Below, one piece after another: positions 9,025 to 19,330 of a stretch of DNA of 64,000 nt (within the stretch, counting starts at the first letter, position 1; every line of letters begins with the position of its first letter). The translations under genes and the position numbers were made by a program. Origin of the DNA: Verrucomicrobiales bacterium. Its GTDB lineage: Bacteria; Verrucomicrobiota; Verrucomicrobiia; Verrucomicrobiales; V1-33. The notes below the pieces were generated by a model. The model saw nothing but the letters and a program-made list of their open reading frames with translations. It was not told the DNA's origin and ran no database searches. The stretch spans positions 628 through 64,627 of the forward strand of contig JAYVOP010000169.1 in NCBI GenBank assembly GCA_043757865.1, written 5' to 3'.

Positions 9025-11103
9025 TCATGGCTGGTGGCCTTTGCGTTCCCATTCCTTGATTAACACTGCTTTCGTTTCCTCTTTAAGGGGCGTTTTCAAC
9101 AGGGCGGGCAGCACCTTGTTCAACAGCTCCGGCGAAGCATTCAGCGACCAGATGACCAGATCCTTTTCATCCTCATGGCAGAGATCCAAGGCCGCCATTT
9201 TCAAGGCTTCATTGCCCACTCTGCTATTGTAAATGGCGGCCTCCACCACTTCCCGGTGGCCCCAATCTTTTCCAGGGGCTAAGCGGCCCATGACCACGGA
9301 CCGTTGCAGCCCATCTTGCCATAGCGCTTTCGTTAATTCTGGTTTGATCGGTGCCCAACCATAGGCTTGGCGCATGGGAACCTCCACGTGGAGCGGGGCC
9401 AGCTTTCGTTGATAGCCGAACTCCTCTTCTGCTTGGTCATATTTGTCCGTGTAATTTAGTGCTAGGTAGCCTTGGAAAAAGTGGAGGTCTGCGGCTAGCG
9501 GGCTGATTTGCAGTGCTTGATCCAGCAAGCCCATAGCCGTTTCCAGCTTGTCCTCCGCTTCCGCCGGGGGATTCGGCTGCACCTTGCGGTCTGCCGTATC
9601 TTCCGCATAAAGCCGATGCGCTGCACTGAGCAAAGCAGCGGGTCTGGCGATGGGATTATTTCCCGGAGCCGATAAATGGACCACTGCGCAGACCAGTCCA
9701 ATGATGCCGCAGCCGCGCCAGAGGCTCGTCGCCAGCTTCGTGGGCAAGCGCGGATGAGTGCCCATGCGCAAGGTGATACCCAACAAGAAAAGTCCCGCCA
9801 GCACGATGCCAAAACGATGCCCTGGCACATCGATCAAGCCATGCACCACCACGATTCCCGCCGCCACGATGCCATTCCACCGCAGCACCCAACTGTGATG
9901 ATACCGCGCCTGCCGCCATCCCCATAGCAGTAAGCCCGCAACGCCTGCGGCCAGCACCAAGGCTGCTCCCAGGCCTTGCTCAGCGGCTAGCATCAACCAA
10001 TCACTCTCTGGATGCACACACAATGCAGCGGAAGCAGAGGCCTGACGATACTGAGGAAAAACGAAGCCAAACATCCCCATGCCCACGCCCGTTAGCGGCT
10101 CCTGCTTAATCATGGTCCAGGCGTCTTTAAAGACGAGCTGACGGAAGTCCAGCGTGGTATCACTAGTGGTAATTTGCTGCGTGGTGGCGCTCGGATCATT
10201 GCTCATGACGACGTTGACCCGCTCCGCCGTTTTCGTAACCCGATGCAACAACTCCCCGCCCATCCAGAGAAACATCGCCCCGGCTAGGGCGACTAAACCT
10301 AACACGGTAAACGCTAGCTTCTTAGACCAGTAGCGTTTCCCCAAACCGCCCAGCCAGACCACCCCTCCGAGGCCGATCAAACCCAGCACGGAGCGACTAG
10401 TGCAAAAACCTAACGCTGCACCTAGGCAAACACAGAGCGTGAGCGAGGACAGCCCGGAGAGCCCATATTGCTTGGCCCGGAGCGCTTGGAGCAAGCAGCC
10501 TAACGCCGTCACCACGCCCAGCGCTAACACCGTGGCCGTGTGATTCCGATTCGGATAAAAACCAAAGCTGGGGTCGTCATCCCCCGGCCACTGCCAGCCA
10601 TTCACTTGCGCCAAAATAGCTAGTCCCGCCATGATCGCCACGGCCAATGAGAACATCCACGCCAAGCGTAAATGCCATTTCTCCGTGACCCGATGCCCCA
10701 ACAGAAACAACCCACTGAGCACCGCCGCCGCCAGCATCCACCATTGCCACCACGACTGTTCAGGATGAGCAGTCACTTGGCTGCCAGTGGCTAATCCGGC
10801 GGCCTCCAGCCCCTGCCGCCAAGCCGGAATGGTGAACCAACTTTTCGGCAGAAAGGCCCCTGCGGAAAGCGCCAGGAATAGCCCCGCCAGCACATAGATC
10901 CAACGTGGTAGCCCAATCTCTGGCGGGCGCACGATCATCAGGATGCTCAAGACTAACAAGCCGATGCCGGGGAAATTCAACTGCGGAGCCTCTGGGAAAA
11001 GGAATCCCGCTAGCAAGAGCGCCCACGCCGTGAAGAAGACGCAGTTCGATGAAGGGCGAGAGGCTTCCGGGACATCTGGAGCCGAGGTAGAGGTATGAGG
11101 CAT
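9025..11103 (-). CDS. O-antigen ligase (Wzy_C) family membrane protein with a C-terminal TPR-like extension
   Basis: The protein has about 12 hydrophobic segments. It carries YPNRNHTATVLALG and HPESDWLMLAAEQGLGAALVL, a Wzy_C-type loop motif. The C-terminal soluble helical region contains ALQISPLAADLHFFQGYLAL. The start is the ATG at 11103. Confidence 0.65.
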   Translation of the reverse strand: MPHTSTSAPDVPEASRPSSNCVFFTAWALLLAGFLFPEAPQLNFPGIGLLVLSILMIVRPPEIGLPRWIYVLAGLFLALSAGAFLPKSWFTIPAWRQGLEAAGLATGSQVTAHPEQSWWQWWMLAAAVLSGLFLLGHRVTEKWHLRLAWMFSLAVAIMAGLAILAQVNGWQWPGDDDPSFGFYPNRNHTATVLALGVVTALGCLLQALRAKQYGLSGLSSLTLCVCLGAALGFCTSRSVLGLIGLGGVVWLGGLGKRYWSKKLAFTVLGLVALAGAMFLWMGGELLHRVTKTAERVNVVMSNDPSATTQQITTSDTTLDFRQLVFKDAWTMIKQEPLTGVGMGMFGFVFPQYRQASASAALCVHPESDWLMLAAEQGLGAALVLAAGVAGLLLWGWRQARYHHSWVLRWNGIVAAGIVVVHGLIDVPGHRFGIVLAGLFLLGITLRMGTHPRLPTKLATSLWRGCGIIGLVCAVVHLSAPGNNPIARPAALLSAAHRLYAEDTADRKVQPNPPAEAEDKLETAMGLLDQALQISPLAADLHFFQGYLALNYTDKYDQAEEEFGYQRKLAPLHVEVPMRQAYGWAPIKPELTKALWQDGLQRSVVMGRLAPGKDWGHREVVEAAIYNSRVGNEALKMAALDLCHEDEKDLVIWSLNASPELLNKVLPALLKTPLKEETKAVLIKEWERKGHQP

Positions 11104-11142
11104 GGTAGTGAATGTGTATGAATTTCCCGTAAGTTGGCCAGC

Positions 11143-11170
11143 AAAAAAAACACCAACCAAAAGGTCGGTG
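11143..11170 (-). terminator. Rho-independent terminator downstream of the GT4 gene
   Basis: The minus-strand RNA reads caccgacc-uuuu-gguuggug followed by U8. That is an 8-bp stem including one G.U pair, a tetraloop, and a U tract (A8 at 11143-11150 on the + strand). Confidence 0.75.
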
Positions 11171-11215
11171 TGAGCACGGAGCGCGGAGTTGAATCTTATA
11201 CCCTAGCTGGACGAA

Positions 11216-12439
11216 CTAAAGTCCCCGCTGCGGGCTACAAAGCCCCGCCATCTGCGGGATGAGCACAGCGGGGTTCAGGTGGGCTTGGGCGTAGGCTTCG
11301 TTCACGGCGCCTACCCGCTGCCAATGCGCTGCGCCTGCGGCGTGGAACGAGCGGAGTTGATCCGCTAAATTGTCCGCATTCCCCGTGGCCACGCGCAGAT
11401 TCCCTGGGCAGGCGTCCATGAGATCCGTGACGTGGCTAGGGCTAGGGCCAATGTAAACGAATGGCCTGCCGATGAACATAGCACCATAGACTTTATTCGG
11501 ATGCGTGTGGCCCACTTGCCCATCGCCCATAATGACGACATGGAGGTCAGCCGAACCTAACGAGTGATGAATGACTTCCCGTGGTTGGTAGGGGAGCTGC
11601 ACGATGTTGGGTAAATCATGCGTGGATTTGAACTCCGTAACATCCCGCGTGCGCACGCCGCCGCCGATGAACACGAACAGGAATCGATCATCCTCCCGCA
11701 GCCGCAGCGCAGCCTGCAACAAGGTATCCAGCGGATGCACCACGGCGTGATTCCCCGAATACATGATGACGAATTTATCCCCAAAGCCCTGGGCGATGCG
11801 GAATGGATTGTCTAGCCGCGGCCCGTGCCAGACTTGGCTCATCACCGGCCACACGGGCAGCACGCGCACGGTGTCTGGCCGGGCACCACGTTGGGCAATG
11901 TGGGTGCCCATGAAATGATCCAGGGCAATGATGCGGTCCGAGCGCCTGAAAACAAAGTTGCCCATGAACTCCAACGCCTTGGCTGCCAGAGAACCTCGCT
12001 TCACCATTCCCGCTTCAATGGCCAACTCCGGCTGCAAATCCATGGCCCAATACGCAAAGCGCCAACCCTTCCACCCAGCCACCCAGGCTGCTAGAAACGA
12101 TACCAACGGCGGAGAGGTCATGCCTAACACCACGTCCGTTTTCCCCGCGCCACGAAAAATCAATCGCCCTAGCAACGCCAAATTAAACGTACCAAAATCC
12201 ATCAGCCGTTTCCAAATAGCGCCCTTCCCAAACCCCGTGTGCCGCAGCCGCTGGATCACCACGCCCTCATGCGTTTCCTCAGCCACATAAGTCGTGGTTG
12301 GATGCTCATACGCATGACGACTCGCCAGCACCGTGACCTGGTGCCCATCCAACACCAACTGCCGCCCTAGGTCCACCAAATGCTGAGCCGTAGAAGCCGT
12401 GTCCGGCCAATAGACTTGGGAAAGAATAAGAATGCGCAT
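11216..12439 (-). CDS. Glycosyltransferase family 4 (WcaI-like)
   Basis: The N-terminus MRILILSQVYWPDTASTAQHLVDLGRQLVLDGHQVTVL is characteristic of GT4. The protein is 407 aa with a GT-B architecture. Confidence 0.8.
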   Translation of the reverse strand: MRILILSQVYWPDTASTAQHLVDLGRQLVLDGHQVTVLASRHAYEHPTTTYVAEETHEGVVIQRLRHTGFGKGAIWKRLMDFGTFNLALLGRLIFRGAGKTDVVLGMTSPPLVSFLAAWVAGWKGWRFAYWAMDLQPELAIEAGMVKRGSLAAKALEFMGNFVFRRSDRIIALDHFMGTHIAQRGARPDTVRVLPVWPVMSQVWHGPRLDNPFRIAQGFGDKFVIMYSGNHAVVHPLDTLLQAALRLREDDRFLFVFIGGGVRTRDVTEFKSTHDLPNIVQLPYQPREVIHHSLGSADLHVVIMGDGQVGHTHPNKVYGAMFIGRPFVYIGPSPSHVTDLMDACPGNLRVATGNADNLADQLRSFHAAGAAHWQRVGAVNEAYAQAHLNPAVLIPQMAGLCSPQRGL

Positions 12440-12538
12440 CGTGAAATAGCGCGTGAAAAGAAAGGCCGCGCCTGCAAGGTGAAATCACTGCTCCACGGCA
12501 GGAGCATCAGCCCAGATCTGGGCCATCTCTAGTTTGTT

Positions 12539-13111
12539 TTACAAAGGCAACCCTGACCACAGGGCAGCTAAATCAATGTGTAAATGAGGAACCGCCGAGC
12601 TGGTTAATACGCCATGAGCGGGAACAGTGGTAAGCTCGGTATAGCTTCCATGGATCGGCTTGCAAAAGATCTCCACTTGCTGCCCAGGCGCGTTGAAAAG
12701 CCAATATTCTGCCACGTTAGCCGCAGCGTATATCCTAGCCATGGCGCGGTCCTCGGCCACGGTGCTGACGGAGATTTCCACAACGAGCAACGCGGTTGTA
12801 GGATTGACATCATGAGAATCTTCCGAGCCCTGGACAAGCGAAATGTCTGGCTCTGGCTCCGAGTCCTTGGTGGTGATGGGAGACTCTTGGCGTAGCCAGA
12901 AATCAGGAGTGAGGCATTCATAAAACGCCTTCATAGTGCGGCTGAGGAGGCGAGTATGGAGGATCGATTTGGACATTTTTTCAACAATGACGCCTTCTAG
13001 CAGTTCTGCTCGTTTAGGCGCAAGCCCCTGTGCTATCATCATATGCCACGCTGCGACGGAGAGTGGCCGCGCGCGGTTTTGAATACCAGGAAATTCGAGT
13101 AGGAGTGACAT
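12539..13111 (-). CDS. Uma2 family (DUF820) putative endonuclease
   Basis: The pattern ELLEGVIVEKMS...EPDISLV...LVVEISVST...KARIYAAANVAEYWLFN is the PD-(D/E)XK-like pattern typical of the Uma2 family. Confidence 0.65.
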   Translation of the reverse strand: MSLLLEFPGIQNRARPLSVAAWHMMIAQGLAPKRAELLEGVIVEKMSKSILHTRLLSRTMKAFYECLTPDFWLRQESPITTKDSEPEPDISLVQGSEDSHDVNPTTALLVVEISVSTVAEDRAMARIYAAANVAEYWLFNAPGQQVEIFCKPIHGSYTELTTVPAHGVLTSSAVPHLHIDLAALWSGLPL

Positions 13112-13146
13112 GTCATTTGTTTAGTTCATTTCAGTATCCATCGCAA

Positions 13147-14925
13147 CTAGATTGCCGTGCGATCCACCCGCTTCCGAAACTCCTCCGGCCAGTTAAGCGC
13201 GTGGCGGTCCAAGAGCACATTTCCTAGCACGAGCACGTCCATGTCGGTGCGCAGGAAGCAGGCGATGGCCTCGGCGGGGGTGCGGACGACGGGTTCGTTT
13301 TCGTTGAGGGAAGTGTTGAGAATGATGGGCACTCCGGTGCGGACGTGGAACTCGCTGATGAGGGCGTGGTAGCGCGGGTTGGTGGCCTTGGAGACGGATT
13401 GCAGGCGGCCACTGCCGTCCACGTGGGTGACGGCGGGGATGATGGCGTGCTTCTCTGCGCGGATGGGCAGAACCTTTTCCATGTAGGGCGCGGCTTCGTC
13501 GATCTCAAACCAGTTGGCCACTTCTTCTTCTAGGATGCTAGGAGCAAAGGGGCGGAACTTTTCCCGGTATTTGATGCGCAGGTTGATGATGTCTCGCATG
13601 TCGGTGCGGCGGGGGTCGGCTATGAGGGAGCGATTCCCTAATGCCCGTGCTCCGAACTCCATCCGGCCTTGGAACCAGCCGATGACGCGTCCCTCTTCGA
13701 TGAGGTCCACGGTGCGTTTTACCAGGGCGGCTTCATCGTGCTGCTCGTAGGGGAGGCCAGCGGTTTGGGCGGCGGTGGCGCAGGTGGCGTCATCGAATGC
13801 GCAGCCCCAGTAGGCGTGGTTTTGCACAAAGGTGCGGGGATTGCCTAACAAGCGATTATGCACATAGAACGCAGCACCAAATGAAGTGCCATTATCGGCG
13901 GCTCCGGCGGGGACATAGACGTTTTCAAAGGGCGTCTGGCGGGTGATTTTACCGTTAGCCACGGAGTTCATGGCCACGCCGCCAGTCATGCAGAGGTTGG
14001 GCGTTTTGGTCTTGGCGTGGAGTTTATTTAAAAGATGAACGATGATTTCCTCTGTGACGGTCTGGAGGGATTTGGCCATGTTTTCATGGCGCTTGGTCAG
14101 CGGTTCGTCCTTTTGCCGACGGGGGCCTAGCTCTTTTTCTAGCAGGTCACTAAAGAACGGTTCCACGATGGGCGCGCCATCATTCCAAGCCATTTTCACG
14201 CCCTTCTTATGATGGGTAAAATAGTCGAGATTTAGCTCGAAGAGGTCGCCTTTGGGACGGATCATTTTGCGGAAGAAATCGACGAATTCGTTCTCTCCAT
14301 AAGGTGCTAGTCCCATGACTTTATATTCGTCGCCATAGTAAGGGAAGCCCAGATACATGGTGATGCAGTTATACAGAAAGCCGACGGAGTGTGGGTAAAA
14401 CACACGATCCAAGTCCTGCCATTGGGTGCCGCAGCCCATGGCGGTGAGTGTGCTAGTGAAATCGCCCATGCCGTCGATGGAGAGCACGGCGGCTTCTTCA
14501 AATGGGCTGATGAGAAAGCCTGCGGCCACATGGGTTTGGTGGTGTTCGATGCGGTGGAATTTTGCTTTCACTTGCTCCACGGGCAATCCCACGGCGGCGG
14601 CAAATTGGTCTTCCAGGCCCAGCGTTTTGCCCTGGCGTTTCAAGCGATCCAGGATGGCGGACATGGATGGGCGGTTCTTGACGACGAAGCCCAGGCGCTT
14701 GAAGAAGTTGGCCCGAGGATCAAAGGAAATGGCCACGTGGTCGAGGTCTGCGGCGTTTATATTGGCGACTTCTAGGCAATAGCGGATGGATTCCGCAGGA
14801 AAGCCCGCCCAGTGTTTCACGCGGTTAAAGCGTTCTTCTTCGACAGCAGCTATGAGCTGGCCGTCGATGACAAGAGCAGCAGAGGCATCGCCATGGTAGG
14901 CGTTGAGTCCGAGAATGGTGGGCAT
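13147..14925 (-). CDS. Carbamoyltransferase (NodU/CmcH family)
   Basis: The N-terminus is MPTILGLNAYHGDASAALVIDGQLIAAVEEERFNRVKHWAGFP. The protein is 592 aa, with a C-terminal region containing THVDGSGRLQ. Confidence 0.85.
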   Translation of the reverse strand: MPTILGLNAYHGDASAALVIDGQLIAAVEEERFNRVKHWAGFPAESIRYCLEVANINAADLDHVAISFDPRANFFKRLGFVVKNRPSMSAILDRLKRQGKTLGLEDQFAAAVGLPVEQVKAKFHRIEHHQTHVAAGFLISPFEEAAVLSIDGMGDFTSTLTAMGCGTQWQDLDRVFYPHSVGFLYNCITMYLGFPYYGDEYKVMGLAPYGENEFVDFFRKMIRPKGDLFELNLDYFTHHKKGVKMAWNDGAPIVEPFFSDLLEKELGPRRQKDEPLTKRHENMAKSLQTVTEEIIVHLLNKLHAKTKTPNLCMTGGVAMNSVANGKITRQTPFENVYVPAGAADNGTSFGAAFYVHNRLLGNPRTFVQNHAYWGCAFDDATCATAAQTAGLPYEQHDEAALVKRTVDLIEEGRVIGWFQGRMEFGARALGNRSLIADPRRTDMRDIINLRIKYREKFRPFAPSILEEEVANWFEIDEAAPYMEKVLPIRAEKHAIIPAVTHVDGSGRLQSVSKATNPRYHALISEFHVRTGVPIILNTSLNENEPVVRTPAEAIACFLRTDMDVLVLGNVLLDRHALNWPEEFRKRVDRTAI

Positions 14926-15009
14926 AGGTGTGGTGTGGAGGAAAAATGATGATTCGGGTAAAGCGCGACGCTTCTATTGGAGCAGCGTCCATGATTTGCT
15001 ATAAAAACT

Positions 15010-16278
15010 TTACCTCGTCGTGGTGCCTTGGAGACTGCCTAGCACTTGCTTTGCGCCCACTGGGTCTAACCTCCGCCATGCATTCTGGGCTTCTTGCCTC
15101 GTTCTCTCTCGCAGTTGCTCGTCCTTAATTTTTGCTACCCAGATGAAGGCAGATTCTGGGTCATTCTTCACGACAGAGGCTACTAAAGTGGCCACAACGG
15201 CGTCTATCCAAGGTTGATCGAGATGGGATTTTACCCACTGGCTAGCCGCAATGGGATTTAAATCTAGCCAAGAATCTATACCCGAACCCAGGACTAAAAG
15301 AGGGGAGCGCCCAATGTGTAAATCTTCTTTAACCAGCCCTAACGTGTCATCTAGCAACCCCTCAAAATCGTCCCTTGTCATCGTCACCCGTGGTTTGGCA
15401 AACAACGCCTGCATCGCCTCGCAGGACCATTCTTCTCTCTCGGACACTTGCTCTGGAGGATGATCCTTCATCCACTGAAGGGATTCTTTGAAGTCGTGCC
15501 GCAACCATTGCTTGAGCACGCAGAGGTGCGTATTCTGCTCATCTGCGGTGGCTGCTAACGCCTGCGCCCAGCCCTGATTTTGTTTTGCCCAAGCAACGAT
15601 GGCTTGCTCCCGTGCTTCGGTTGGTTCTTTCAGTGCGACCTTGGAATCAGCTAGCGCTTCCACCAAGCTGGCTGGCACGGGCGGATGCTGTGTCGCCTCT
15701 TTTACTATCCTAGCGAATATTTTCGGAATGCTAGAAAAGGCATGATCTGGTTTGGGGAAGCAGCGGTCAAACCACTGTTGCGCAGTGGCTGCATCCCGCT
15801 GGGCCCAGTAGGTGAGCAGGGCATGCAACGTCGCATGGATGGCTTTCGGAGGAAGGTCTGGAGCCATGCGCAGGGCTTGATCTGGTTCCAAGGTGGCTAG
15901 CTGGTCAAACAATGCGGACAGTAACGGCAGGCATCGTTCTGAGTGCGGTGGTTCCAGCTTGGAGGCCTCTAGCAACATGGCGATTTCTGGAGTGGTGAAT
16001 GTTCCTAACGCGCTCATGGTCTCGGTCGTGGGATACCGCGAGATTCCATCAATTTCCTCTGTTAAATTTTTCGACATGGTATGCCAAATCAATTCCAGAC
16101 CTGCTGCGGCATCCAACATTCTTGTCGGCTGTGCTAGATTTTGCCCTGGCAGAGTGGGCATTGTTTCGCACGTAGGATCGGTGCTCTTGCGGCTAGCGAT
16201 CTCTGCGCCTAAGCGATGCCACCAAAATGCGAATACCAGGGTCGCGAATAGACATGCTAGGAAAAAAGGCCTATTCAT
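15010..16278 (-). CDS. Membrane-anchored helical-repeat hypothetical protein, translationally coupled to the upstream ECF sigma fusion
   Basis: The start is trimmed to the ATG at 16278 (MNRPFFLACLFATLVFAFWW, an N-terminal TM anchor). Its ATG overlaps the upstream stop as ATGA (16275-16278). The rest is alpha-helical and W/D/P-rich. Confidence 0.5.
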   Translation of the reverse strand: MNRPFFLACLFATLVFAFWWHRLGAEIASRKSTDPTCETMPTLPGQNLAQPTRMLDAAAGLELIWHTMSKNLTEEIDGISRYPTTETMSALGTFTTPEIAMLLEASKLEPPHSERCLPLLSALFDQLATLEPDQALRMAPDLPPKAIHATLHALLTYWAQRDAATAQQWFDRCFPKPDHAFSSIPKIFARIVKEATQHPPVPASLVEALADSKVALKEPTEAREQAIVAWAKQNQGWAQALAATADEQNTHLCVLKQWLRHDFKESLQWMKDHPPEQVSEREEWSCEAMQALFAKPRVTMTRDDFEGLLDDTLGLVKEDLHIGRSPLLVLGSGIDSWLDLNPIAASQWVKSHLDQPWIDAVVATLVASVVKNDPESAFIWVAKIKDEQLRERTRQEAQNAWRRLDPVGAKQVLGSLQGTTTR

Positions 16279-18353
16279 GGCGCTAGCATTTCCTCCAAAT
16301 CTTGGTGATGATTTGCATATTTCTCCAACTCTGCGGACCGCCAAATCTGATACGCTGCGGGGTCGAACTTCTTCAGAACACCAATGCGCTGCGCGAATTC
16401 TTTTCCGCGTGGATCTTTGCCAAAGGTAGCTACATTCCAGCCGAACTCGCTGGCGATACTGCCCCAGAAGGCGCTGGCTTGCTGCTGGCCGACTTGTTGC
16501 GCATGCCAACGGATAGCCCAATCTGGATCAAAGAAGTCCCAATATCTAGCCGTTCGCTCTATGGCTTGATTTCGCTCGGCTGGTTCCGCGATACCAAGCA
16601 ACCAATCGGCCAGCGGTTTTAGCTCTTCTCGAACGATCCCATGCCCATGCTTGTCCATGCTGTAGCTGTCGGGTATCGCCAAGGCGGTGGCTAGTTGCCA
16701 GCGTTTGTCGGGATTTGTGATCGACTGGACGTAATTTTTTGCTGTGGGTAGATCGACATTACCTAATCGACGGATGATTGAATCCTCCATCTTATATCGA
16801 TGCGCGGGTGATTCCAATGTTGGCACTAGGGTCATCAGCTTGGTCAGCAAAGTGACGTCACTCACCTTCCCACCAGCACTGTCTAGCCAGTTAAATCCAT
16901 GTTCGTTCACCAGATCTATGAGATTGGAAACTGCGGTCAAATCACCCGAATTTAAAGCCATTCTCGTTAGCCAATCGATGCCGCGCATGACCATGCTTTG
17001 AACCCGATCCGGGTAGTTAGTCGAGTCCTTCTTCAATACCTCCAGGCACCATTTGACTGTGGCTGCGCTCTGCTGTGTGTCCTCTTCGTTGAGATACGAA
17101 ACACTGCTCCACACGATGCTGATCAGATCCATGCCATCGGCTGATTCCAGAGAATTGGTATGCTCACGTTCATCAAAGTTCATTACGAACTGGAGCGCAG
17201 CCACAGCATCCTGCCTCACCCAGGGAATGAAAAAATCACCTGCCAAGGATCTCTTAAGAAAGGCGTGCCAACCGCCAGGACTGACCATGGTATGCAGTTT
17301 CTGAATTGCTTCGGGATATTGATTCACGGTGAGTTGGTCTTGCAGGAAACGAAGCCGTTCTCTTGCCTCGCTAAAGTCCGGGCCCTCGGCCATGGCCGCC
17401 ATCTGACGAACGACCTCGGCAACGCTCATGCCTGGGTGCAATGGGCGTTGCTGCGGGAAGGCGGGAAATACCGGAGCACTCGCGGGCTTCGCTGCGATCA
17501 AGTTTCCAGGAGCATCCTGTCCGCTGATCTCAGCAAGCCGCTGACTTTGCAGCCGCATTCCAATGGGCCAGGCCCAGACACAGCATGCGGCACTGGCTCC
17601 TAACGTAGCGGCTTTGACTTTGGGCAGTAGCTTTGCCCATGGGGACAAGGGGCCAGCTTTGGCAAGAGCGTTGGTGGCTAGGGGTTTTGCCAGCACTGCG
17701 GCGGAAGCCGCCTGGGCGTGATCTGACGCTAATCCTACTGCGACCAAGGTGAGGGTGGCTGCGGGGAAACGGTGTGTTAGAAGCCTGCGCAGTTTCTCTA
17801 GCGAACGATGGACCCGTTTCCTAGCAGCCTCGACGGAGCATCCCATCGCTTGGGCCACGGTGGCTAGATCATGGCCTTCCGCAAAGCGCATCAGCACGGC
17901 CGTGCGGTCGGCTACGGAAAGGCGATCCAGGGATGCATCCACTTCCGACTGACACTCCCGCCAACCTTGCGTTTGGCTCGGAGCCGTATGATCGGATAAA
18001 TTCCAAATCATGGCGGCGGCTTGTGACTCCCGCAGCGTGCGACGACTTTCCGCTTTCATCACGTCGGCCGCCGCAAAACGACTGCGTGCGTGGAGCCAGC
18101 CACCCAAGGTAGCATCTGGCTTGAGGCTGGGTGCCCTGCGGGCGAGATCGATGAACGTGAGTTGCACCGCCTCCTCTGCCAGGATGTGGTTTCCCCCTGT
18201 CCGCCGCAGGGCCGCTGCCATTACCAAGGGCAGGTAATGGCGGACTAGATTTTCGAATGCCGTCTGATCTCCGGCCAGATACTGGCGGAGCCATTGGCCA
18301 GCAGCTAGGCCCGAGTCCAGGCCTCCATGCGTGGGTGGTGAGAGCGATGTCAT
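16275..18353 (-). CDS. ECF-type sigma-70 family factor fused to a hydrophobic segment and a ~450-aa C-terminal domain
   Basis: Sigma region 2 is FENLVRHYLPLVMAAALRRTGGNHILAEEAVQLTFIDLARRA. Sigma region 4 is LSVADRTAVLMRFAEGHDLATVAQAMGCSVEAARKRVHRSLEKLRRLL. Hydrophobic stretches follow (AATLTLVAVGLA, ATLGASAACCVWAWPIGM), then a long non-sigma domain. The track start at 18389 is TTG. I prefer the ATG at 18353. Confidence 0.7.
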   Translation of the reverse strand: MTSLSPPTHGGLDSGLAAGQWLRQYLAGDQTAFENLVRHYLPLVMAAALRRTGGNHILAEEAVQLTFIDLARRAPSLKPDATLGGWLHARSRFAAADVMKAESRRTLRESQAAAMIWNLSDHTAPSQTQGWRECQSEVDASLDRLSVADRTAVLMRFAEGHDLATVAQAMGCSVEAARKRVHRSLEKLRRLLTHRFPAATLTLVAVGLASDHAQAASAAVLAKPLATNALAKAGPLSPWAKLLPKVKAATLGASAACCVWAWPIGMRLQSQRLAEISGQDAPGNLIAAKPASAPVFPAFPQQRPLHPGMSVAEVVRQMAAMAEGPDFSEARERLRFLQDQLTVNQYPEAIQKLHTMVSPGGWHAFLKRSLAGDFFIPWVRQDAVAALQFVMNFDEREHTNSLESADGMDLISIVWSSVSYLNEEDTQQSAATVKWCLEVLKKDSTNYPDRVQSMVMRGIDWLTRMALNSGDLTAVSNLIDLVNEHGFNWLDSAGGKVSDVTLLTKLMTLVPTLESPAHRYKMEDSIIRRLGNVDLPTAKNYVQSITNPDKRWQLATALAIPDSYSMDKHGHGIVREELKPLADWLLGIAEPAERNQAIERTARYWDFFDPDWAIRWHAQQVGQQQASAFWGSIASEFGWNVATFGKDPRGKEFAQRIGVLKKFDPAAYQIWRSAELEKYANHHQDLEEMLAP

Positions 18354-18549
18354 ACCATCATACAGACGCCAGTCGGCTGGAGCGGACAAATTTTTTTGGC
18401 GGGTTTACCCTCAGAGCCCGCTACGATCCCTGCCGGGATCGAGGCCATTGGGGGCAAATACCCGGAGTGTCGCTTCGCTCAACTTCGGGCTAATGGCTGT
18501 GATGCCTTTGGCCTCTCGGTGGCATGGTGACATGGTGCCAGCAACCTCG

Positions 18550-19317
18550 CTACCGCATCACCTTGCGGTCCAGCAGCTCTAGCGAGAGCAGGAGTTCTGC
18601 GTAGGTGCGTTGCAGGGAATAGTAGAGGCCTGGCCAGCCGTCGAAGATAAGTCCTTTTCCTAGCAGGGTGAAAAAGAAGGCGGCGGGTGCGGCTGGCCAG
18701 ATCATGAGGCGGAGGCGGTCGGCTAGGCCCGTGGGGCCAGTGGCGGGCTCGCAGAGGTGGGCGGCCTCTAGGGCAGCATAGTTCTGCTGAGAGGTGAGCC
18801 AACGGCGGAGGGATTTGCGGTCGTCGTGGAGGATCTTGTGAGTTAGGCTAGCGTGCGGTCCATTGACCTGGAGGAGTTGGGTGTGGCCGTCAGGGATGTA
18901 GGTGCAGCGGGCTTTCTGAAATAAGGCTGCACGGGGCGGATAGAGGGTGCCGCGCAGAGGACTACCGTTGAGGCAATAGACGAAAGAAATGTAGTAAGCT
19001 GCAAGGTCGGCTGGGGGCTGGCTGGCGGTGAGTTCGGCAATCAGCTCTGGAGTTAGGATATAGTCGGCATCCAGGCTGAGGATCCAGTCGGTGGCGGCGT
19101 GCTGGCAGCCGTAGTTCCACTGGGCGGTGTGGTTATCAAATGGGCGCGTAAGGACTTTGGCATTGGGAAAGGTGGCGATGATCTCTAACGTGCGATCCGT
19201 GCTGCCACTGTCCACGATGATTACTTGAGCGGCCCAGGTGAGCTGTTGCAAACAGCGGGCAATGTTGGCCTCTTCGTTGTAGGTGAGAACGACGGGGGTG
19301 AGGTGTGGCAAGTGCAT
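18550..19317 (-). CDS. Glycosyltransferase family 2
   Basis: The pattern VVLTYNEEANIARCLQQLTWAAQVIIVDSGSTDRT...LSLDADY is a GT2 DXD-type pattern. The start is the ATG at 19317. Confidence 0.8.
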   Translation of the reverse strand: MHLPHLTPVVLTYNEEANIARCLQQLTWAAQVIIVDSGSTDRTLEIIATFPNAKVLTRPFDNHTAQWNYGCQHAATDWILSLDADYILTPELIAELTASQPPADLAAYYISFVYCLNGSPLRGTLYPPRAALFQKARCTYIPDGHTQLLQVNGPHASLTHKILHDDRKSLRRWLTSQQNYAALEAAHLCEPATGPTGLADRLRLMIWPAAPAAFFFTLLGKGLIFDGWPGLYYSLQRTYAELLLSLELLDRKVMR

Positions 19318-19330
19318 CAAGCCAATGGGG

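Noticed and set aside
18390-18549. Possible small RNA or tRNA in the gap upstream of the ECF sigma gene
   Set aside because: I could find no cloverleaf-compatible pairing or conserved tRNA boxes by eye. The ORFs listed here are short and Arg/Pro-rich.
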